A stretch of 64,000 nucleotides of DNA from IMG/VR virus record IMGVR_UViG_3300043119_000141; one strand, written 5' to 3'. The DNA is from an uncultured virus (IMG/VR IMGVR_UViG_3300043119_000141). Its lineage: Duplodnaviria > Heunggongvirae > Uroviricota > Caudoviricetes. Below, in pieces: positions 57,944 through 64,000 of this stretch (positions are counted from its first letter, which is position 1; each line of letters starts with the position of its first letter). Both the position numbers and the translations under genes were made by a program. A model generated the notes under the pieces. The model did no database searches, was not told the origin of the DNA, and was given only the letters and a program-made list of their open reading frames with translations.

Positions 57944-60900
57944 TTAATAAGTCATTTCTGTTGTACGGATCTGAGCTACACAACGAATAGTTGTAGCCGC
58001 TTGCCCTGTGAAAGTAACTGCCAACCCGCCATTGGTAGTATCTGCTGAAACTGCGATTGTCCAAGTCGATGCCCCTGCATCTGCGTAACTTGATGTGACT
58101 GTCGGTGTTCCTACTAGGGCAGTCGAGGCGGCATTAGCACCACGCTTGATGACACCCTCAATAGTCCATCCTTTTGTGTTGCCACCGCCTGTAACCCCTG
58201 CTACTACTTCACCACGGAAATAGTAAGCAGAGTTGTTGGGTAGGATTACTTGATTTGTTGTGGATGCGGCAGATGCGTCACTTGTTAAAACAGTTGCGGT
58301 TGCATCTGTTGTTTGACGACCTAAAAGCAAAGTGGCAGTTTGAATAATTCCAGAAGAACCGCCAAACGGGGCGTTGCAACACGCTATAGCATTATTTCCT
58401 GCTATTCCTCGTGTTGTTCCAAATGTTCCGCCAGCAATTGTTCCATAAGTACTATTAGCAGTATTACTGTATCCCGCACCAATAAATGCAGATTGACCAC
58501 TTGCTGTATTAGACAAACCACCAACTACCGCAGAAGATGTGCCAGATGCTGTATTTGGATAATTATTATTGGGCGCTCCACTAAATACGCCCCCACCACC
58601 AACAAAAGCACTTATACCACTTGCGGTATTTGCCCGTCCACCAACAACAACAGACCAATCACCAGATGTAGTGTTTCTACTGCTCGCAGTACCTGCATCA
58701 CCACCGCCCCCGATGAAACTGTAACTTCCAGTTGCCTGATTGTTACCTCCTCCTACTACTACTCCATGAGGGGTGTAAAAGGATAGGGTTGATGTTGATG
58801 AACCGCTTGCGGCTTGGGATAGGGTTAGGCTTGTTCCTGAGATTGCGGCAACGTAGGTGTCGTTGGGGTAAGTAAGTATGCTTGTCCCCGCAATTAACTG
58901 ACCAACTTTAATGTTTGCGTTTGAACCTGAAAGTGTTACTGCTGTGGTTCCGTTCATCGTTCCAGATTGAGTCGTCACAACGGCATTAGAGGTAGTTGTA
59001 TTGGAATACCCGCTTCCAATAAAACCATAATGACCAGCGGCGTTGTTTCTAAACCCACTTACAACGGAACTATATCCGCTTCTAGCGTTAGTTTCTAATC
59101 CTGCGCCTATGAAAGAATAACCGCCTGATGAGGTATTTGCAATTCCACCAGCCGCAACTGAACCATATCCAGCCGCTGTATTGTTCGAACCACCACTAAT
59201 AACAGAGAATGTTGTAGCAACCTGTGAAGCCGCACTACGACTTGTCTGCCAATCAACAGCATTAGCACCCCTAGCATTACCACCTGTTGCTGTGGAATCT
59301 GTTTGTTGAGCCTGTAGCGCACCAGTACCTTTTGGTTGTAGGACTAATGGGATGTTTGTGTCAGAACCTGTTGCCACTAGTGAAGGAGCAGAACCTGTGG
59401 CAGAACCTGATGCTTTTAAATAATTTACAGCGGATGCAGTATTTCCAAACCTAAACTGTTCCCAACCAGCACCTACAACGCCAATTTCGCCTGTGTTAGG
59501 GTCATAAAATCCCCTGTTTGTATTTGAAAAACATAATGCAGGATTAGAAACAGAACCTGAATTTGTAACCCTTACAGAGCCTGTTCCTTTAGATGTCAAG
59601 GCCAAACTTATATTAGTGTCTGAGCCTTGAGTAGATATTGTTGGGCCATTTGCAACACCAGTAGCCGCCCCCGTTACTTGTACATAGTTAACAGCAGAGG
59701 CTGTGTGGGCTATGTTAAATTGCGTTTGTGCAAAGTTGTTGGTGTAAAAAGTATGGGCACTTGCACCTTTGGTGCTGTATAAAGCAGATACGTTTGTATC
59801 AGAGCCGTTGGCTAAAACCTGAATTCCAGAATTTGTTCCTGCTCCAGAAAACCGCCAGTAATTTGCACCATTACCACCACCATCATTTACTAATAACTGA
59901 AGGCCAGAAGGGGTATGAAGGCCAAGGTTTGAACCAATAGAGCGAACAACAGTCCCAGACCCCACAGTCGCATAAGCCGCCGCACCACTACCACCGCCAC
60001 CTGAGAAGGTCACAGTGGGTTGTTCAACGTAGCCAGAGCCTGCGTTGGTGATGGTGAAGGTAGGCGCAACACCCCATGCAGTTACGTTAAAAGTTGCACC
60101 AGAACCCGTGCCGCCAGTGACAGAAACTGGATTGGTAGGAATTGCCGTGTATGCAGAACCTCCAGACAAAACTGTAACGCCGGTAATAACACCCGCCGAT
60201 ACTGTATTAACCGTTAGTAGTGAGGCCGCTGCAAAAGTTCCACCAACAAGCGTCAGTGTATCGCCTGCGGTGTAACCTGTACCGCCAGAGACAATAGAAA
60301 CTGCTTGAACAAACACGTTTGCATTTGCTGTTGCCTGAACACCACCAGCAGTTGTTGGGGCGCTGATTGCAATTGCTGGAATTGATGTGTACCCACCGCC
60401 AGAAGATGTACGAGTCAACGCAGTAACAGTACCGCCGTTGCTGATGTTCACCCCTGAGCTACCAGCGGCTAGGTCTATTGCTCCTGTTCCTTTGGATTGG
60501 AATACTTGGGAGATGTTGGTGTCTGAGCCTTGGGCTGACAAGACAGGAGAAATTGTCGTTGCCGAACCTTGTGCTTGAAGGTTGTTGACAACAGTTGAAC
60601 CTGCAAAGCCAACGGCTCTAAAATAATTTCCAAAACTTGTTCCAAGAGCAACGCCGCTTGCACTACCTTTTCCCCGCAAAAGTAAAGAAATTTGGCTATC
60701 AGAACCATCAGCGAAAATTACGGGAGTAACACCAGTAGCCGCACCAGTAATATTAACGTAATTGACTGCTGATGCGGTGTGGGAAACTCTTAATTGTTCT
60801 AAAGAAGCACCATTTGTTAAAAAAGAAAGAGAGCCAGTTCCTTTTGAACCAAAGTTTGCAGAAATATTAGTGTCTGCACCATCTGGAAGAATGAAAGGCC

Positions 60901-63139
60901 CTGCACCAGTTCCTCGTGCGCGTGCTTGGAAATAGTTTACTTGTGGCGAACCACCGCTTCCGTCATACACTCTAAAACCAATACCATTCCCAGTATTTAA
61001 GTTAACAGCACCAGTACCCTTGGTAGTAAGGTTTAGGTCTATGTTTGTGTCTGAGCCTTGGGATGACAAACTTGGTGCGGATGAAGCAACAGAGCCAGTT
61101 ACTTGAATATAGTTAGATGTGCCACCAGTGTGGGCAATCCGAAATTGCTGGTCTGTAGAGTTAGTGTTAAACCTAATTGCTTGAGTGCCCTTACTAGCAA
61201 ATGTCAAACCAATGTTTGTGTCGCTACCTTGTGCAGATAGCGTTGGAAAGTTTGTAGTAGCCGCCCCCGTTACTTGTACATAGTTAACAGCAGAGGCTGT
61301 GTGGGCTACACGGAATTGTTCAGTTGCTGTTCCACCTTGAGTTGTTAGGCGAATTGCTCCTGTCCCGTTTGAGCCAAGTAATAGGTTGGTATTTGCTTCA
61401 CCAGTAGAACGCAATTGAGGCTGAACACCACTAATGCCTGAAAGTGCAACAAGATAATTTGCAGAAGTGCCTCCGTTGCCAGAAACTCTAATTGCCTCAC
61501 CTTCTGGTGTATAGAACGACATCGTAGAGCCAATGCTCTTAACAACAGTCCCAGACCCCACAGTCGCATAAGCCGCCGCACCACTACCACCGCCACCAGA
61601 GAAACTTACTGTTGGTTGTTCTACATAGCCTGAACCTGCGTTGGTGATGGTGAAACCAACTGTACCCCAAGATAAATTAAGCGTTGCTCCAGTACCTGTA
61701 CCACCCGTTACTGATGCAGGGTTTGTCGGTAAAGCAGAGTAGGTGCTTCCTGTAGTTACAGAAATACCTGTGATAACGCCAGCAGAAACAGAAGTTACTG
61801 TTGCTGTTGCGGTTGCTCCTGTAGGAGTGCCACCAACAATGCTTAAAACATTTCCTACTGTATATCCTGTTCCGCCAGATTGAATTGCAACAGACCTGAA
61901 ATACATTGTTGCAACAGACACAGTTGCTTGTACGCCACCCGCAGTTGTTGGCGCAGAAATAGCAACAGTTGGAAAAGATGTATATGTACCAGCACCCGTG
62001 TTAGTAATCGCAGTAACAGTACCACCATTAGAGATATTCACCCCTGAACTACCAGCGGCTAGGTCTATTGCTCCTGTTCCTTTGGAGTCAATAACAAATG
62101 CAATATTTGAATCACTACCAAGTGCCTTTACCTCAACAGCCTTAGTAGTTGCTGAACCTTGTGTTTGAAAGTAATTTGCTGAACCGCCACCACCAGTAAG
62201 CGTAGTAAACGTACCAGCCGCAGGGGTTGTGCCTCCTATGACTGTGCCTTCAATCACCCCGCCGGTGATGGACACGTTGTTGGCGTTCTGTGTGGCAATA
62301 GTGCCAAGGCCGCCAATGTCCGCGGCTGTGAGCACCACAGTGCCCGTGAACCCGTTCACCGACGTCACGGCGTCGGTGTTGTCAATTTTCTGCCACACAG
62401 AACCGTTGAAGATGATCCAGTCACCCACCACCCAGTCTGCAATGCCGTTGATGTTCGTGCTACCCGCCACAGACACCACGTAGTAGTAGCCCTTTGTGCC
62501 AACGCTCGACACGATGGCCGGCACGTTAGTCGCCGCGTTCCACGTGCCCTGATAGCTCACGCCGCCCTGAATTGACGCAGGCAGTTGTGACAGCGGCACC
62601 GTGCCACCTGAGTCCAGTGTGGCCGCACCAAATGGAACACCCGCGTTGAGCAATGCCGCAGACCCGTATGTCTGCCACGTTGTTGCGTAGTCTACGTTGC
62701 TGAGTTTGACCAGCGCCTGACCTGACGTACCGCCTGTGGGTACACCCGCGCCTGTGGGTCCGGGTATGCCTTGAGGCCCCTGTGGTCCCTCTGGTCCGAC
62801 ATTGCCCTGTATGCCCTGAGGTCCCTGAGGCCCTGTGGGTCCCGGCACCCCGCGGTCGCCTGTGTTGCCCTGTGGTCCCTGCGGTCCGGTCTGGCCTGCT
62901 GGACCCTGTGGTCCCTCTTGACCCGCGGGTCCAACGTTGCCCTGTGGTCCGGGATCACCTTGGGGTCCCTGCAACCCAGCGGGGCCCTGCGGTCCAGCGG
63001 GTCCTGTGGGTCCCGTAACGCCGCCTTGAAATACCGACGCGGCCACCTTCTTTGTGATGCCCTGCTGGACAACAACGGTCACATCCTCGGCCTGTACATA
63101 GTCCGTGGGTGGTAGTTGAAGGATGCTTATATCGGCCAT
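57944..63139 (-). CDS. Long tail fibre as assembled; 57944-61987 is the C-terminal part of the genome's fibre, and the part beyond 62086 is an alternative N-terminus with collagen repeats
   Basis: Many QGSDTNI...KGTG...AVNY modules, GGxxN beta-roll repeats near the C-terminus, Gly-X-Y tract at about 62750-63020. Confidence 0.85.
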   Translation of the reverse strand: MADISILQLPPTDYVQAEDVTVVVQQGITKKVAASVFQGGVTGPTGPAGPQGPAGLQGPQGDPGPQGNVGPAGQEGPQGPAGQTGPQGPQGNTGDRGVPGPTGPQGPQGIQGNVGPEGPQGPQGIPGPTGAGVPTGGTSGQALVKLSNVDYATTWQTYGSAALLNAGVPFGAATLDSGGTVPLSQLPASIQGGVSYQGTWNAATNVPAIVSSVGTKGYYYVVSVAGSTNINGIADWVVGDWIIFNGSVWQKIDNTDAVTSVNGFTGTVVLTAADIGGLGTIATQNANNVSITGGVIEGTVIGGTTPAAGTFTTLTGGGGSANYFQTQGSATTKAVEVKALGSDSNIAFVIDSKGTGAIDLAAGSSGVNISNGGTVTAITNTGAGTYTSFPTVAISAPTTAGGVQATVSVATMYFRSVAIQSGGTGYTVGNVLSIVGGTPTGATATATVTSVSAGVITGISVTTGSTYSALPTNPASVTGGTGTGATLNLSWGTVGFTITNAGSGYVEQPTVSFSGGGGSGAAAYATVGSGTVVKSIGSTMSFYTPEGEAIRVSGNGGTSANYLVALSGISGVQPQLRSTGEANTNLLLGSNGTGAIRLTTQGGTATEQFRVAHTASAVNYVQVTGAATTNFPTLSAQGSDTNIGLTFASKGTQAIRFNTNSTDQQFRIAHTGGTSNYIQVTGSVASSAPSLSSQGSDTNIDLNLTTKGTGAVNLNTGNGIGFRVYDGSGGSPQVNYFQARARGTGAGPFILPDGADTNISANFGSKGTGSLSFLTNGASLEQLRVSHTASAVNYVNITGAATGVTPVIFADGSDSQISLLLRGKGSASGVALGTSFGNYFRAVGFAGSTVVNNLQAQGSATTISPVLSAQGSDTNISQVFQSKGTGAIDLAAGSSGVNISNGGTVTALTRTSSGGGYTSIPAIAISAPTTAGGVQATANANVFVQAVSIVSGGTGYTAGDTLTLVGGTFAAASLLTVNTVSAGVITGVTVLSGGSAYTAIPTNPVSVTGGTGSGATFNVTAWGVAPTFTITNAGSGYVEQPTVTFSGGGGSGAAAYATVGSGTVVRSIGSNLGLHTPSGLQLLVNDGGGNGANYWRFSGAGTNSGIQVLANGSDTNVSALYSTKGASAHTFYTNNFAQTQFNIAHTASAVNYVQVTGAATGVANGPTISTQGSDTNISLALTSKGTGSVRVTNSGSVSNPALCFSNTNRGFYDPNTGEIGVVGAGWEQFRFGNTASAVNYLKASGSATGSAPSLVATGSDTNIPLVLQPKGTGALQAQQTDSTATGGNARGANAVDWQTSRSAASQVATTFSVISGGSNNTAAGYGSVAAGGIANTSSGGYSFIGAGLETNARSGYSSVVSGFRNNAAGHYGFIGSGYSNTTTSNAVVTTQSGTMNGTTAVTLSGSNANIKVGQLIAGTSILTYPNDTYVAAISGTSLTLSQAASGSSTSTLSFYTPHGVVVGGGNNQATGSYSFIGGGGDAGTASSRNTTSGDWSVVVGGRANTASGISAFVGGGGVFSGAPNNNYPNTASGTSSAVVGGLSNTASGQSAFIGAGYSNTANSTYGTIAGGTFGTTRGIAGNNAIACCNAPFGGSSGIIQTATLLLGRQTTDATATVLTSDASAASTTNQVILPNNSAYYFRGEVVAGVTGGGNTKGWTIEGVIKRGANAASTALVGTPTVTSSYADAGASTWTIAVSADTTNGGLAVTFTGQAATTIRCVAQIRTTEMTY
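61988..62086. repeat. Exact 99-bp direct repeat, copy 2
   Basis: Identical to 1-99. Confidence 0.9.
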
Positions 63140-63142
63140 GTT

Positions 63143-63541
63143 TTAGGTCTTCTTAATATCGCCCGGTGTAGGCTCTTCAGACTCATTACCGTACTCCGCA
63201 GGCGTGAACGCGGCTCCAAAACCAGTACCCACCATGTTGGGGCCCTCGTTGAGCGTGGCGATGTTGGGTGCGTTAGGAATGGGCTTGCCCTTGCCGGGAA
63301 TGGCAACGGACACATCAGGCCTCGGGTGCCTGAGTGTAATATTCTCTGTTTGAATAGCCGCAAGGCGCCATGGATCAAACTGATCTATGTCGTCAGGGCA
63401 CACCATTAGCCCCGGAGAGTTTGGGTCCTCTCGGAGCATGGTGTACGGTAGTTTGCGGCTACATCGGTCGCATACCGCGACGGACAGAACAGTCTGCCCG
63501 CGCGTATCGCAATAAAGGCCGCCGTAAAAGGCGTTACCCAT
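63143..63541 (-). CDS. Phage structural-module protein (GC-rich segment, probably another phage)
   Basis: AVCDRC...GLMVC..D.D..DP......RHPRPD pattern seen in podovirus structural operons. Confidence 0.6.
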   Translation of the reverse strand: MGNAFYGGLYCDTRGQTVLSVAVCDRCSRKLPYTMLREDPNSPGLMVCPDDIDQFDPWRLAAIQTENITLRHPRPDVSVAIPGKGKPIPNAPNIATLNEGPNMVGTGFGAAFTPAEYGNESEEPTPGDIKKT

Positions 63542-63819
63542 TATCGAACCCCGGCTTGAATTACAGTAAGCGTAGGATTAGTGCCGCCAGTTACCTGAAT
63601 AGCCCGGAAGGGCTGGTTCACGATAGGGCTGGCTGGCGCCGCAACCCAAGTCATCACTGGCGGCGTGGGTACTGGGTACCCCTGCGCGTTCAATGGGAAT
63701 GGGTCTGTGTAAGAGATCTGAACGGTACCACCGCCGGTGGCAACGTAAGAAACGTTGACCGGCGCAATGTACTGGTCGATCGGGACGAGGACGTCCGCTC
63801 CAACTGTTACTTGACGCAT
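63541..63819 (-). CDS. Hypothetical virion protein (GC-rich segment)
   Basis: AAGGA RBS, coupled to next gene. Confidence 0.55.
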   Translation of the reverse strand: MRQVTVGADVLVPIDQYIAPVNVSYVATGGGTVQISYTDPFPLNAQGYPVPTPPVMTWVAAPASPIVNQPFRAIQVTGGTNPTLTVIQAGVR

Positions 63820-63827
63820 GTCAGTCC

Positions 63828-64000
63828 TTAGTTGTTAGTGTAGCCAGCACCGTAGGCCGTGATAGAACCGTCAGGGTTACGTGATGTGTACTGGATGTCA
63901 AACGTGCCGGCCAAAGTACCTGTAATAGCTGTAATAGCTGTTGCAGTGAACGTCACAGTAGCGTCTGTTGTACCAACGTTGTTCAACACTGTGGCCACAG
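63828..64000 (-). CDS. Partial ORF (3' end), Thr-rich virion protein
   Basis: Open frame ending ...GSITAYGAGYTNN-stop. Confidence 0.45.
   Translation of the reverse strand, partial: VATVLNNVGTTDATVTFTATAITAITGTLAGTFDIQYTSRNPDGSITAYGAGYTNN

Noticed and set aside
57944..63139. Diversity-generating retroelement or invertase shufflon acting on fibre repeats
   Set aside because: No reverse transcriptase or recombinase seen; repeats are direct and their differences are not adenine-specific
1..64000. CRISPR array, integrase/prophage boundaries, introns or inteins in Pol, RNR or TerL
   Set aside because: No regularly spaced repeats and no integrase or repressor; core genes are uninterrupted and of normal length

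Overview
The window is almost certainly one complete, circularly permuted genome (~61,987 bp) of a lytic podovirus-like dsDNA phage, followed by ~2 kb that looks foreign. Bases 1-99 are repeated exactly at 61988-62086. Joining there fuses 1-2235 and 57944-61987 in frame into one ~2,090-aa tail fibre. Sequence after ~62250 is much more GC-rich and is probably another phage (assembly branch or tail-fibre recombinant). The + arm (12.5-37.6 kb) carries early genes, SSB, nucleotide metabolism, family-A DNA polymerase, exonuclease, primase-helicase, a T7-like RNA polymerase, class II RNR, thioredoxin, tRNA-Met and Dps. The - arm carries terminase, portal, scaffold, capsid, tail, lysis genes, PhoH and ejection proteins. 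Most striking observations: (1) the start of the early arm is nearly free of adenine on the coding strand (11 A in 449 nt). It encodes a GTG-started protein built almost entirely from A-free codons that looks like a paralogue of a normally coded gene 2 kb downstream. (2) A second, divergent single-subunit RNA polymerase sits in the ejection-protein cluster (candidate virion RNAP). (3) A 17-bp phage promoter (TAGYCGGTACCTAATAG) occurs ten times, including in front of each of four free-standing homing endonuclease genes. All calls are from motif recognition by eye; no searches were run.
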